Origin: Promethearchaeota archaeon
GTDB lineage: Archaea; Asgardarchaeota; Lokiarchaeia; Sigyniarchaeales; Promethearchaeaceae
NCBI GenBank assembly: GCA_016933055.1
Contig: JAFGBS010000001.1
Span: forward strand, 90,001-122,000
DNA length: 32,000 nucleotides
Direction of reading: 5' to 3'
In this document: piece after piece, positions 15,276 through 25,285 of the stretch
Layout: each line of letters begins with the position of its first letter
How positions within the stretch are numbered: position 1 is the stretch's first letter
The notes under the pieces: model-generated
Databases searched by the model: none
Seen by the model: only the letters and a program-made list of their open reading frames with translations
Told to the model about the DNA's origin: nothing
Program-made: the position numbers and the translations under genes

Positions 15276-17087
15276 ATGGCAACATATGATTATAAACCAA
15301 ATATTGAGGAACCTTGGATGAAAAACTATCCAAAGGGAGCTCAACGACATTTAGAATACGAAGTTATGCCATTGGATGGATTGCTACGACAAAAAGCTGA
15401 AGAGATCCCAAATGCAACTTGTATTAAATTTATGGGAAATACATGGACTTTTGCAGAAGTAGACCATTTGGTGGATAAATTCGCTGCAGGATTAATTAAA
15501 CTAGGAATGAAAAAAGGCGATGGTGTACTAATTGATCTCCCGAACTGCCCACAATTCGTCATAGCCTATTACGCAACAATGAGAGCCGGGGGGGTCACCA
15601 GTCCCGTTATTCCTCTTCATAAAATGGCGGAAATTGTCTATCAAGCAAACGACTCAAACGCTTCGATTGGTATTTTTATGGATAAAATCTATCAAGGTTA
15701 CCTATTTGGTAAAGGAATTGAGAAAATCCCATGCATGAAAGCTGTTATATTAACTGGATTAGGTGATTATATGCCTGCTTTCACCCGATTTATGGGTAAG
15801 AAGCTCGGAAAGATTCCATATTGGAAGAAATGGGCTAAGAGGGATGGAGAAGTTCCCTTGATTGACTTTAAGAACGTATTTGAAGAGGATACTAGCTCTA
15901 TTGCTAATGTAAAAATCGATCCACGAGAAGATACTTGTACATTAATATATACTGGAGGAACAACCGGAGCTCCAAAAGGGGTAATGCTAACTCATTATAA
16001 TCTTGTTGTTAATTGCACTCAATTAACTCATTGGTGTTACCAACAGATCGATAATCTTCCCGCGCCGGGAGAAGGATCCTTTGATATTTATCTGCCCCTC
16101 GCTCATTCGTTCGGACTGACCCTAGGTATGAATGCTGCCCTAACTTTAGGATATAGTAACGTGCTTTATGCAAAACCACCTGAGAAAGGTGCAGAATATC
16201 TGAAGAATGCTCTTAAAAATAAAACAACAATGTTTCCTGCTGTCCCTACGATGTGGAACTTAATGGCTAAAGACCCGGATTCAAAGAATTATAAGGGAAA
16301 ATTAGAAAATCTAAAATGTGGCATGAGCGGAGCGGCTGCATTACCCTATGAAGTGAAGAATGTTTTTGAAAAAAATACTGGGGCAATCATCATCGAAGGG
16401 TGGGGAATGAGTGAAGCTAGTCCTTTGGTTACTGCAAACCCATATGTTGGATCAAAGGTCTGGACGGTAGGATTCCCGATGAGTGATACGTGGGTGAAGA
16501 TTACTGATGCTGAGACTGGAGAGAAAATTTTACAACAGTGTCCCCATAAGGATCCTTACTGTAGTGAAAATTGTGGAGCGGACGAAGCTGCGAATTATAT
16601 CGGTGAAATTGCTTTCTGCGGACCACAGATGATGAAAGGATATCTAAATCATCCAAATGAAACAGCTCAGGTCATACGCAAGGATTCCGACGGTGTTCCA
16701 TTCTATTACACTTCAGATATCGGGTGCATTGATGCTGAAGGATACTTGAAAATTAAGGATAGAAAACGAGACATGATTAAAAGAAAAGGACATGCTGTTT
16801 TTCCGTTGGAAATCGAGGATTTAATGTATCAATATGAACCTATATTCGAGGTGGGCGTTTATGGCGTACCAGATCCAGAAGCGGGAGAAGAAATTAACGC
16901 GGCAGTCTCGTTGAAACCGGAGTTTAAAGATAAGGTAACCGAAGAGGATATCATTAACTGGTGTAAAGAAAACATGGCTCCCTATAAATATCCAAGAAAA
17001 GTACACATAATCGACGAATTACCTAAAAGCATGGTTGGAAAAGTTCTTCGAAGAGTTCTAAGAGAGGAATACGGCAATAAGAAATAA
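15276..17087 (+). CDS. Long-chain fatty acid-CoA ligase (ANL superfamily)
   Basis: YTGGTTGAPKG, EGWGMSEAS, GPQMMKGY, YTSDIG, DRKRDMIKRKG and LPKSMVGKVLRR. Confidence 0.95.
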   Translation: MATYDYKPNIEEPWMKNYPKGAQRHLEYEVMPLDGLLRQKAEEIPNATCIKFMGNTWTFAEVDHLVDKFAAGLIKLGMKKGDGVLIDLPNCPQFVIAYYATMRAGGVTSPVIPLHKMAEIVYQANDSNASIGIFMDKIYQGYLFGKGIEKIPCMKAVILTGLGDYMPAFTRFMGKKLGKIPYWKKWAKRDGEVPLIDFKNVFEEDTSSIANVKIDPREDTCTLIYTGGTTGAPKGVMLTHYNLVVNCTQLTHWCYQQIDNLPAPGEGSFDIYLPLAHSFGLTLGMNAALTLGYSNVLYAKPPEKGAEYLKNALKNKTTMFPAVPTMWNLMAKDPDSKNYKGKLENLKCGMSGAAALPYEVKNVFEKNTGAIIIEGWGMSEASPLVTANPYVGSKVWTVGFPMSDTWVKITDAETGEKILQQCPHKDPYCSENCGADEAANYIGEIAFCGPQMMKGYLNHPNETAQVIRKDSDGVPFYYTSDIGCIDAEGYLKIKDRKRDMIKRKGHAVFPLEIEDLMYQYEPIFEVGVYGVPDPEAGEEINAAVSLKPEFKDKVTEEDIINWCKENMAPYKYPRKVHIIDELPKSMVGKVLRRVLREEYGNKK

Positions 17088-17189
17088 TAAAACCAATTCT
17101 CCTTTTTTTGAATGATTTCCAGATTTTGGGTGCATCTATGAAAAACTCATAATCATATTTTTTTTATTGTTTCCTCGCTAGGAACCCTT

Positions 17190-17456
17190 GTGAAAATCGT
17201 CATTCATGCATACCGAGAGGGTAAAAAAATCTATTATCGGGGTGATTTTGAGATATCGCCTAATATGACACTGGAATCAGTGTTAAAAACACTCGGAAAT
17301 AAAATTGGAGAACCCTTACTTGAAATTGTCGAAGATAAGTCCGAATTTACCATAGTAGTATTTAATAATGTAGTAGTAGAGTTTGAAAAAGAACGTAACC
17401 GGACAGTCACAAATGAAGACACTTTGAAATTATTTCCCCAAGTTGTCGGAGGGTAG
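17190..17456 (+). CDS. MoaD/ThiS/SAMP-like ubiquitin-fold protein ending in GG
   Basis: 88 aa with a GTG start; C-terminus EDTLKLFPQVVGG matches the (D-x-L-x-L-F-P-x-V-x-G-G) pattern. Confidence 0.85.
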   Translation: MKIVIHAYREGKKIYYRGDFEISPNMTLESVLKTLGNKIGEPLLEIVEDKSEFTIVVFNNVVVEFEKERNRTVTNEDTLKLFPQVVGG

Positions 17457-18323
17457 GGCTCCATCCTTAACCTTCACATGCCTTGCTCCGTTTTGGAAAA
17501 GCCACTTTAAATAATTCCACATATCCTTTTTGCTATCCCATCCCAGAACTTTTAATCTTTTATCTCGGTTCTTTCGCTTGAACAATTGGACTCGTTTACT
17601 ATAATAATCATTATATACATCCAAAAATGGTTGCTGATTTTTCTTCTCCCAGACTTTCTCAATTAATAAACTCAGTCTGTTCGAAAAAGCTTCAATTAAG
17701 TTTCTCCCTTCTTCCTCAGAAGATGTCAGAAGGGGATCTTGACCTGTTATACCAAGATGCATTGCTCTTTGAATAAATGAGTAATCCTTCGGAAGTTCAC
17801 TTAGGTTCACATGTTCAGGATTTGCGACCATCTCTAATGATGTTTCCCATCTTGCAGCATGATCGCCAAAATATCCGAAATCTGAAAGTAAAAAATACTC
17901 GGTAATTCCTAGAACGTAACAATCTTGGTGGGAACGCATAAAATTTTTGCATGTTCTTTTTAGTAAACGTACCATCCCTTCGGGATAATGACCTGTTAGT
18001 AAAATGATCATTCGAAATCCCATTTTATATAATTTTTTTAGGAAATACCGATAAAATCGTCCTTGACCCGCACGAGGAAAATTAAATGTCCAAGGAAATC
18101 GCATTGTGCGAAAAGCCCCCCAAAATTTAGTTGGGAATAAAACTCCTTTAGCCATTTTTTCTGCGGTCTTTCTTAAAAGAAAATCCACTTTCAAACCATC
18201 CGTTCCAAGAGGTAAATGGTAACTATGCCATTCCAACGCACCAAGTGGAACGAATGCTAAAGGAAATCGCTTGATTTCTTCATCTAATTCTTTAGGTCTT
18301 AAATAAATATATTCTCTATACAT
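17430..18323 (-). CDS. Creatininase/creatinine amidohydrolase family protein
   Basis: PLGALEWHSYHLPLGTD, LTGH and GDHAARWETS metal-ligand motifs. Its 3' end overlaps the SAMP-like gene by 27 nt. Confidence 0.88.
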   Translation of the reverse strand: MYREYIYLRPKELDEEIKRFPLAFVPLGALEWHSYHLPLGTDGLKVDFLLRKTAEKMAKGVLFPTKFWGAFRTMRFPWTFNFPRAGQGRFYRYFLKKLYKMGFRMIILLTGHYPEGMVRLLKRTCKNFMRSHQDCYVLGITEYFLLSDFGYFGDHAARWETSLEMVANPEHVNLSELPKDYSFIQRAMHLGITGQDPLLTSSEEEGRNLIEAFSNRLSLLIEKVWEKKNQQPFLDVYNDYYSKRVQLFKRKNRDKRLKVLGWDSKKDMWNYLKWLFQNGARHVKVKDGALPSDNLGK

Positions 18324-18524
18324 AATGCTTATGCTCTTATCTTTTTCTTAAAGTTTTATTTAACTTTTTTCTTCTTTTTGTCTTACCAATAGCTATTTTA
18401 AAGGTAATGTGGAATGGTATGAGAAACAACAATATACAGAAAACAAATAATAGTCGTTCTTCTCATTCCTTCTACTACCGAATTATTTACCAAATTTTCG
18501 TTTATTAGAAGGTATTTTAACTCG

Positions 18525-19088
18525 ATGAACGAAAATCTTAACATGGAATATAATCTCATTTTATCAGTGATTGGTATTATATGGTTGGTATTTCGCATAT
18601 GGTTGCCTTATTATAAAGTAAAAGAGGAATTGGAATTTAGACAGGTTTATATCAGTAGATTCACGAACTTATTTGCAGCTTGTATGCTTATTGCGGGCGG
18701 GGAAGCAAGATTTCTAAATTGCATCATGTTTGCTAGTTTTCCTGCAATAGCTATTTTAGCTTTAATCTACGATATTCCTTTTTATCTAAAATTTTCCAAA
18801 CGAACCTATTGGAAGAAAAATAGATATTGGGTTCTAATTGAACGCATTACTCTCCATCCCCCGGTGCTAGCAGTTCAAATTTGGATGATTGTTAGAGGAA
18901 TTTATAATTTTATTACTCCGGGGGATTATATTCCATTTATCATATGTACGATGGTGATGATATCGACCACATTGCTATTTGATCCAAGAATTACTAAGAA
19001 ATATCACTGGCCAAGGGGCCGAGATCTTATACTAGTGATCATCGGATCTTGCCTTTTCATTAGTGTATATATATTCTGGCCTGTATAA
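18525..19088 (+). CDS. Uncharacterised integral membrane protein (~5-6 TM)
   Basis: 187-aa ORF filling an intergenic gap with alternating hydrophobic segments. The start may be the second Met at 18543. Confidence 0.75.
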   Translation: MNENLNMEYNLILSVIGIIWLVFRIWLPYYKVKEELEFRQVYISRFTNLFAACMLIAGGEARFLNCIMFASFPAIAILALIYDIPFYLKFSKRTYWKKNRYWVLIERITLHPPVLAVQIWMIVRGIYNFITPGDYIPFIICTMVMISTTLLFDPRITKKYHWPRGRDLILVIIGSCLFISVYIFWPV

Positions 19089-19096
19089 TAAAAAAA

Positions 19097-20317
19097 TTAA
19101 AACTCAGTTGGAACTTCGATTTCAAGATTTGAAATTGGATATGAAGAGCAAGGGTGGAAATATCCGAATTTTTTATCCGCTATCCTCCTTCCATCTGATT
19201 CGGGGCTTATAAATATGTCTCCGGAAATTAAACGAGATCGGCACCATCCACACTCTCCCGATCGACAACGACTCGGGGGAGCTAATTTTGCTCGTTCTAA
19301 AGCGACGAGTACGGTCTCAGTTGCGTTCGCAGGTACTTCAAGATACTGTTTTCCCATTTTTACCTTTATTGTATAGATATTTTCTGCTTTATCTAGTGGA
19401 AATCCCTCGCATTGTGTAATGTTTTTTATTTCCCCAAACATTTCTTGACGAATTCTTTTCGTTGGAAGATTTAGAGAATCAATTTCAGTTTTTAAGAAAT
19501 TATACATAGCTTGAGGACCGCAAATAAAAATAGAGGATTCATTCACATCAGCATAGGTTTGAATGATATCTGCGGTGATAAACCCTTCTAAACATCCTGC
19601 GAGTGTCACTATTTCACAAGACAGAACATTAATTATCTTAAGTTTTTCGGGATAATTCTTAGCGAGTGCAGAGAATTCTTCAAAGAAAATAATATCCTCT
19701 TCATCGCTACTTCCGTAAAATAAAGTAAGATTTGCATTCATCTTGCCGGATGTGATTTCTCTCGCCATAGATCGAAATGGAGTTATACCAGAACCGCCTC
19801 CCAACCCTATTATTGATGGTTTATCACGTATTGGATCATAATAAAAGAATCCTTGCGGATCGGAAGCTTCAATTTTCGTTCCCACTTTCCAATTCTGCCA
19901 TGCAAATTCACTAAGAAATCCCCCTTCGGTCTTCTTTATAGTGATTTCGTAGAAGCCCTTTAAGGCTTCAAACGGAGAAGAGGATATTGAGTAGGGTCGT
20001 GTTATTCTATACGTGTCCTTACCTTTAATTACATCCACTTTTAGGCTTAAATATTGACCGGCTCGAAAATAAGCAACATGCCTGGTATTTGAATCCAAAT
20101 CCGGCACTAACTTGAATGTTTTGGTACTTTTTGTCTCATTAAATATATCACTGATCATAAGGTGTTGAGTGTCGGGGTGGAGTTTGAAAGCTAATTCATT
20201 TATGGGATCAGAGGTGATCTTATCGCTTGATGCATTTTGAATTCTCTCAATGCGTTCCGGAATCAATTTTGTGAATTTGAGTATATCCCGAATATTACCC
20301 TTGATGTTAATCCTCAT
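19097..20317 (-). CDS. FAD/NAD(P)-binding ferredoxin reductase with C-terminal 2Fe-2S domain (PaaE/Hcr-like)
   Basis: FRAGQYL, RPYSISS, GGGSGITP, FICGP, and C-terminal CRSGECGWC...C. Confidence 0.92.
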   Translation of the reverse strand: MRINIKGNIRDILKFTKLIPERIERIQNASSDKITSDPINELAFKLHPDTQHLMISDIFNETKSTKTFKLVPDLDSNTRHVAYFRAGQYLSLKVDVIKGKDTYRITRPYSISSSPFEALKGFYEITIKKTEGGFLSEFAWQNWKVGTKIEASDPQGFFYYDPIRDKPSIIGLGGGSGITPFRSMAREITSGKMNANLTLFYGSSDEEDIIFFEEFSALAKNYPEKLKIINVLSCEIVTLAGCLEGFITADIIQTYADVNESSIFICGPQAMYNFLKTEIDSLNLPTKRIRQEMFGEIKNITQCEGFPLDKAENIYTIKVKMGKQYLEVPANATETVLVALERAKLAPPSRCRSGECGWCRSRLISGDIFISPESDGRRIADKKFGYFHPCSSYPISNLEIEVPTEF

Positions 20318-21906
20318 TTTCGTATCTCCCCAATTTCTTCACTTTCAATTAGTTTCTGCAAAGTGACAAGAGCAGCCAGTCGTCCCGAATCTAGGGAAGA
20401 TGAATATCCATGACCTTGCTCTGCGAATCCTCCACAAAACTCTAATCCATCAATGTATTTTTCGTGATTCATAGATTGCAACCGGTTTACTACTGAATCC
20501 CATACATCATTTTCGTATCCATAGATTACTCCATTATAGACTTTAGTATAATGAGCAAAGGTGATCGGGGTCGCTACCTCTATTTCCTCTATAGAATTTC
20601 GAATTGTAATGTTCGTAGCTTGCTCAAAATCATCGATTAATTGGGTAGCTAATTCCGTTTTGAGATCAAAATAGTCTTCTACTTTTACATTAGCCCATGT
20701 TTCTGGTCGAAATAGCGTTGTAATATATAGAATGCTGGTTCCTGGGGGAGAACAATCAGGGATAGCTTTATTTAGACATACGGTTGCCTGTGCGGGGTGA
20801 CTTTTGGTAAGTTCTTTCGTCCCTTCTTCATATAATGCATCGCTGGAACCTTTATTGTATATAAAATAACTATAGTCTGTAATTCCCAATTCTTCTGCAG
20901 ATTTATCTAAACCTAAATATACTACAAGTAATGTAATTCCATGAGTTCGGGCATTAACTAATTTGTAAGCGATTTCTGGTACCTCTGTCTGGGGGTAGAT
21001 TATCTTATTATATACTGCAGTTGGAGAAATGTTAGCAATCACATGATTTGTTCGGATAATTTCACCTTTTGATGTCCCAACTCCGGTTATTTTTCCATCT
21101 TTTACTAGAATCTTTTCAATTCGAGTGTTATATTCAATTTCCCCACCTAATTCTCTAATTCGTTTATCTAACGCAGTGGTAAATCCATGGGATCTATATC
21201 GAGGCACCCATCCTCCTCCTTTTATGTAGGTACGAAGCATTCCTGCGAAGATTGTAAATGATAGGCGCGATGTAGGAATTCCTAGATAGCACCAATAAGC
21301 AGTTACGATCCTTTGAGCTTTCAAAGGCATTTTCAGAGCATCTAATACTTCATCAACTGCGTAACCCCCTGTTTTAATAAAATTCGCATGATTTCGTAAC
21401 ATTTCAATTCTATCTACTTTTCCCTGGCTTCTTCCTACATATATAATCGCATTATGAATATCTTCGACCAATTGCCAGAAATTTTTCACAGACTTCTTTG
21501 ATCCGGGAACTGCTTTTTCCACAGCATCTGTAAACTCTTGGACACCAAAGGGAATAATAACATCAAGTTCTTCTTCAGGGATGATCACTCGATAAGCTTC
21601 AGGAACTTGTATGAAGGAAGCTTCAATATTGAGCTGGTCTTCAAATATTCGACGTACACCTTCTTTTTCATCGGATGTGCCCATCGAACATAATTCATGT
21701 AGACTAGTTTCAAATTCAAATCTCCCACGAACAAAGCTAGATGCAAATCCTCCAGGAAGATTATGTTGTTCCAATAACAACACTTTTACGCCCTTTCTAG
21801 CTAATGTAGCTGCTGCAACTAATCCCCCATTACCAGCTCCCGCAACAATCACATTATAAAAACGAATTTTATCTTGATTTGAACTATTAGTTGTGATCTG
21901 TGTCAT
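20314..21906 (-). CDS. Phytoene desaturase (CrtI)/RetSat-like FAD oxidoreductase
   Basis: GAGNGGL Rossmann motif, LEQHNLPGG...FEFETSLH, EVATPITF, GVIYG and CGGFAEQGHG. It overlaps the next gene by 4 nt (ATGA). Confidence 0.9.
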   Translation of the reverse strand: MTQITTNSSNQDKIRFYNVIVAGAGNGGLVAAATLARKGVKVLLLEQHNLPGGFASSFVRGRFEFETSLHELCSMGTSDEKEGVRRIFEDQLNIEASFIQVPEAYRVIIPEEELDVIIPFGVQEFTDAVEKAVPGSKKSVKNFWQLVEDIHNAIIYVGRSQGKVDRIEMLRNHANFIKTGGYAVDEVLDALKMPLKAQRIVTAYWCYLGIPTSRLSFTIFAGMLRTYIKGGGWVPRYRSHGFTTALDKRIRELGGEIEYNTRIEKILVKDGKITGVGTSKGEIIRTNHVIANISPTAVYNKIIYPQTEVPEIAYKLVNARTHGITLLVVYLGLDKSAEELGITDYSYFIYNKGSSDALYEEGTKELTKSHPAQATVCLNKAIPDCSPPGTSILYITTLFRPETWANVKVEDYFDLKTELATQLIDDFEQATNITIRNSIEEIEVATPITFAHYTKVYNGVIYGYENDVWDSVVNRLQSMNHEKYIDGLEFCGGFAEQGHGYSSSLDSGRLAALVTLQKLIESEEIGEIRK

Positions 21907-21975
21907 ATAACACTACTGTGTTGAACTGTTATAAAAAAACTAAGCAAAGGAAAACTAACTGAAAAATAAGGAATT

Positions 21976-23361
21976 TTAGTATTTTACTTTATAAGGTTTT
22001 AACATGGACAGCAAGCTAGGAACATTCGAATGAGATCCGTGTAATTTCGCTTGTATTAACAAAATTATCGATTTTATAGGACTCAACGGTACCAATTTTA
22101 ACAAATTCACTCCCATATACCGCCCCAAACCAATAATTGTTTGAGAAAGATTATTGCATCCATCACTTAGAAAAACATGTTTCTTTCCTAACCGTTGAAC
22201 CAATCTATTTCCGACTTCTTCTATTGCACAATGACCAGCGATAACAACAGGACCTTCTAAGTTATCGATTATATCTAAATTATGACCTTTTCCGATCACA
22301 AGGTCACATTTTCCCCTTCCTCCATAATCTTGATGGAGTATCTGTAAGGACATCAACGGATTATTTAGACACCCTTCTCTGCATAATAATTCGGATCCTT
22401 TTACAATATTAACATTTGGGGGAAACTCTTGAATAATATCAAAATCATATCTCTCAGTAAACCTTGAAAGATCTCCGTCTATCTCAAGGTCCTCTGATCC
22501 ATAAACTCCGCCACTCAATCCTTCTTCAATCGCTATTTTTATAGCTGGAACTTCCTCATACGGTATTCCAAATACTTGAGCTCCCACCATATCTGTTGCT
22601 ACCACATTTCGGCTGGCTATCATCACCCTGAAAGGTATTATAACCTTTTCATGCTGGGATACTAATGGGTAATGTCCATGTATTGTCCCCTCAATTCCTT
22701 CTATTAGGGTAACATCAGGTTGAATATGAGATAGAACATCCACCAGCTTATGGTGTAAATTAAAATTATGATCAAATTTCCGAGCGTAATGCATTGGAAA
22801 GCCCCATTGATTTTTTATACCCAGAGTAACTACTCCCATGGAGTGTGTTTTCAATTTGGGGAGATTTATGTATAAATTTTCATTTTTGCCTCGAATTAAT
22901 TTATTAACTACAATTTTTGGCATTTCAAATGTTTTCTTATCATAACCATTGGGATCATGCGAACTTCGATCTTTACCTTCAAATTCTAAGGTTTCTGCTT
23001 TCTGTTCATCTAAATAAACGGGAATTGCGCCAGTCTCTTTACAAATCTTCTTATAACCAATAGCTTCGTATACAATTCGTGTATAATTTGCTTGCGTACT
23101 GTTTTCCATAAGATAGATTTTGTTTGCTCCATTGGAAAAAAAATATTTAATTACTGCTTCTACAACTTCTGGTCGAGTATATGCATAAGGTTTACTATCG
23201 ATTCCATTAGGTTTGATATATACGTCATTAGAAGATTTTAGGAGCTCAGAACCTCCCAAAGTGTCAAAAATCTCTTCCACAGCGCTCTGGATACCATTGA
23301 GATATCCTTCATCATCGGGATTTGAATTAATATCCCGAACTAGGACTTTTACTTTTACCAT
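21976..23361 (-). CDS. DUF362-family protein
   Basis: VYIKPN, TRPEVVEAV, INLPKLKTH...TLGIKNQWG, IEGIEG and NVVATD. A C-terminal extension contains CREGC, HC and GCNN. Confidence 0.8.
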   Translation of the reverse strand: MVKVKVLVRDINSNPDDEGYLNGIQSAVEEIFDTLGGSELLKSSNDVYIKPNGIDSKPYAYTRPEVVEAVIKYFFSNGANKIYLMENSTQANYTRIVYEAIGYKKICKETGAIPVYLDEQKAETLEFEGKDRSSHDPNGYDKKTFEMPKIVVNKLIRGKNENLYINLPKLKTHSMGVVTLGIKNQWGFPMHYARKFDHNFNLHHKLVDVLSHIQPDVTLIEGIEGTIHGHYPLVSQHEKVIIPFRVMIASRNVVATDMVGAQVFGIPYEEVPAIKIAIEEGLSGGVYGSEDLEIDGDLSRFTERYDFDIIQEFPPNVNIVKGSELLCREGCLNNPLMSLQILHQDYGGRGKCDLVIGKGHNLDIIDNLEGPVVIAGHCAIEEVGNRLVQRLGKKHVFLSDGCNNLSQTIIGLGRYMGVNLLKLVPLSPIKSIILLIQAKLHGSHSNVPSLLSMLKPYKVKY

Positions 23362-23449
23362 TACTCTCTACAACAATGCTATTACTCTAGGCATATAAAA
23401 GAATTCCCAAAGAGAAATCATTTTAAACTGAGAATATGAAGAATAATCG

Positions 23450-24223
23450 ATGGTAATGGACGAGCTTCTTGTGAATGAAGAAAAAAAAATTTATACAATC
23501 ACACTAAATCGACCGGATAAACTCAATGCAATAAATTATCGTATGATGGAAAATCTCAAAAAATGCCTAACTCAAGCCGAAGAAAATGATAGAATTCATC
23601 TTGTTTTATTCAAAGGAGCGGGAGATCGCGCATTTTCTGCGGGTCTAGACACTATAGAAATCCTCAGTCTTCCGATAGAAAAGAAAAACGCCTTTTTCGA
23701 ATTATTACTAGATATTTCCAAAATTGCATTAACCAGTAATAAACTGTATATGACTGAAATCCGAGGTTTTGCAGTAGCGGCTGGCTTTGCTTTTTGCTTG
23801 TTTTCAGATTTTAAAATTGCCGAGGACAAGCCCGAAATCTATTTTGCGTTACCGGAAGTAGAGGTAGGGGTGTTTCCTTTTGCAGTGATGGCTCTTTCTC
23901 TTTACAATTTTCCCCCTTCCATTGCGATAGATATGCTTTTTAGTGGGGGTAAATTACCTTTGCAGCGTGCTAATGAGCTGGGATTCATCAATCGTATTTT
24001 TTCAGCTGAGAATTTTGAAAAATCCGCAAGGAAATATATCCGGGAAATCACTTCTCAAAATATAACAGTGTTACGATTGGGAAAAGCATGTTATAATATT
24101 CAACGGATGCAAATACTCAAAAATATCATTATGGAAAAGGACTTTACTCAAAAAGGTTTCAAAGGAGAACTGGATACCAATACTACCATACTTCAATTAA
24201 AAGAAAAGTGGGGATTAAAATAA
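23450..24223 (+). CDS. Enoyl-CoA hydratase/isomerase (crotonase) family protein
   Basis: ITLNRPDKLNA, AFSAGLD and FALPEVEVG. Confidence 0.9.
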   Translation: MVMDELLVNEEKKIYTITLNRPDKLNAINYRMMENLKKCLTQAEENDRIHLVLFKGAGDRAFSAGLDTIEILSLPIEKKNAFFELLLDISKIALTSNKLYMTEIRGFAVAAGFAFCLFSDFKIAEDKPEIYFALPEVEVGVFPFAVMALSLYNFPPSIAIDMLFSGGKLPLQRANELGFINRIFSAENFEKSARKYIREITSQNITVLRLGKACYNIQRMQILKNIIMEKDFTQKGFKGELDTNTTILQLKEKWGLK

Positions 24224-25035
24224 CTGATCCCGAATTTATGAAAAAGATATTAAACGATCCTGGAGTTGTCTCTCAGGTTTTTTTTCCAAGGAAATGCCAA
24301 AAACCTCAAGAAAACGATGAGTTACGTGTATTAAATTTCGAAGTAGAAAAGGAGGTGCAACTTGGAGGGATAGTATATCTCCACGAGCATCCTCATAATT
24401 ATCCAACTATGATGTATTTTCATGGAAATGGAGAATTAAGTCTTGATTACCTACAAATTGCACCATTATTTCATACGGTAGGTGTAAACCTCGCTGTATT
24501 CGATTTTCGTGCATATGGTTTTTCTACTGGTGATTTATCGTACACCGCCTTATTGAAGGATCCAATCTCCCTCTATCACAAGTTTAAAGAATGGATGGAA
24601 ACAGAATATCCTGGAAAAAGTGCAAGAGAATTTATATTAATGGGTCGATCATTGGGTTCTGCTTGTGCTTCTGCACTTGGAGCATATCCAGAAGCCAAAA
24701 TCATTACTAAGATTGTTTTTGAAAGTGGATATTCAAATTTATATGATTTAATGACTCGATTGTTTATGATCCACCATCCCCAAATTACCGAGGAGTCGGT
24801 CGCACCTTATTCCAATCATACGTACCAAGAAAAAATAACAAAACCCACATTGATCATCCATGGTAGTAGGGATACAATAATCCCAATCAGCCAGGGGAGG
24901 CTGATATTTGATTCTATTCCCTCTGATGTTCCCAAACAATTTGTAAAAATCGATGGGGCTACGCATAATGACATTCTCATGTTTAATTCGGAATATTTTG
25001 GTTCTTTAAGGGAATTTATTAATCGTGAATTTTAG
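24208..25035 (+). CDS. Alpha/beta hydrolase (ABHD-like)
   Basis: YFHGNGE, nucleophile elbow GRSLG, IIHGSRD and ATHND (Ser-Asp-His triad). Start is GTG at 24208 or ATG at 24238. Confidence 0.9.
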   Translation: MGIKITDPEFMKKILNDPGVVSQVFFPRKCQKPQENDELRVLNFEVEKEVQLGGIVYLHEHPHNYPTMMYFHGNGELSLDYLQIAPLFHTVGVNLAVFDFRAYGFSTGDLSYTALLKDPISLYHKFKEWMETEYPGKSAREFILMGRSLGSACASALGAYPEAKIITKIVFESGYSNLYDLMTRLFMIHHPQITEESVAPYSNHTYQEKITKPTLIIHGSRDTIIPISQGRLIFDSIPSDVPKQFVKIDGATHNDILMFNSEYFGSLREFINREF

Positions 25036-25285
25036 ATCTAAATTTCCAATGGCTTGGAGAGTAACGAGAATATAAACCGACAAAAACTTATTTGAATCTC
25101 TCAAAATCCGTCGGCTTTTTCTATAATCGGAAACACATTTTAGTATCTTTATCATCCTCTGTAAATTAAAAAAAATCGAATTTACTTTAAAATTTCTTAG
25201 AAATATTCCAACACTTCAATTTCTAATATCTATCTCTTGCATATGATCTTACTCCTTTTAGGAACAAAGTAAGAAGGGAACTATC

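Noticed and set aside
15138-15350. 70-aa minus-strand ORF between tusA and the acyl-CoA ligase
   Set aside because: It overlaps the ligase start, reads through a poly-T terminator-like tract and has no recognisable features.
18398-18598. 66-aa minus-strand ORF upstream of the creatininase gene
   Set aside because: It overlaps the 5' end of the membrane-protein gene on the other strand and has no motif.
25036-25244. Possible degraded minus-strand gene beginning MQEIDIRN
   Set aside because: All three frames contain early stops and I recognise no family; it is kept only as an alternative explanation of the hairpin finding.
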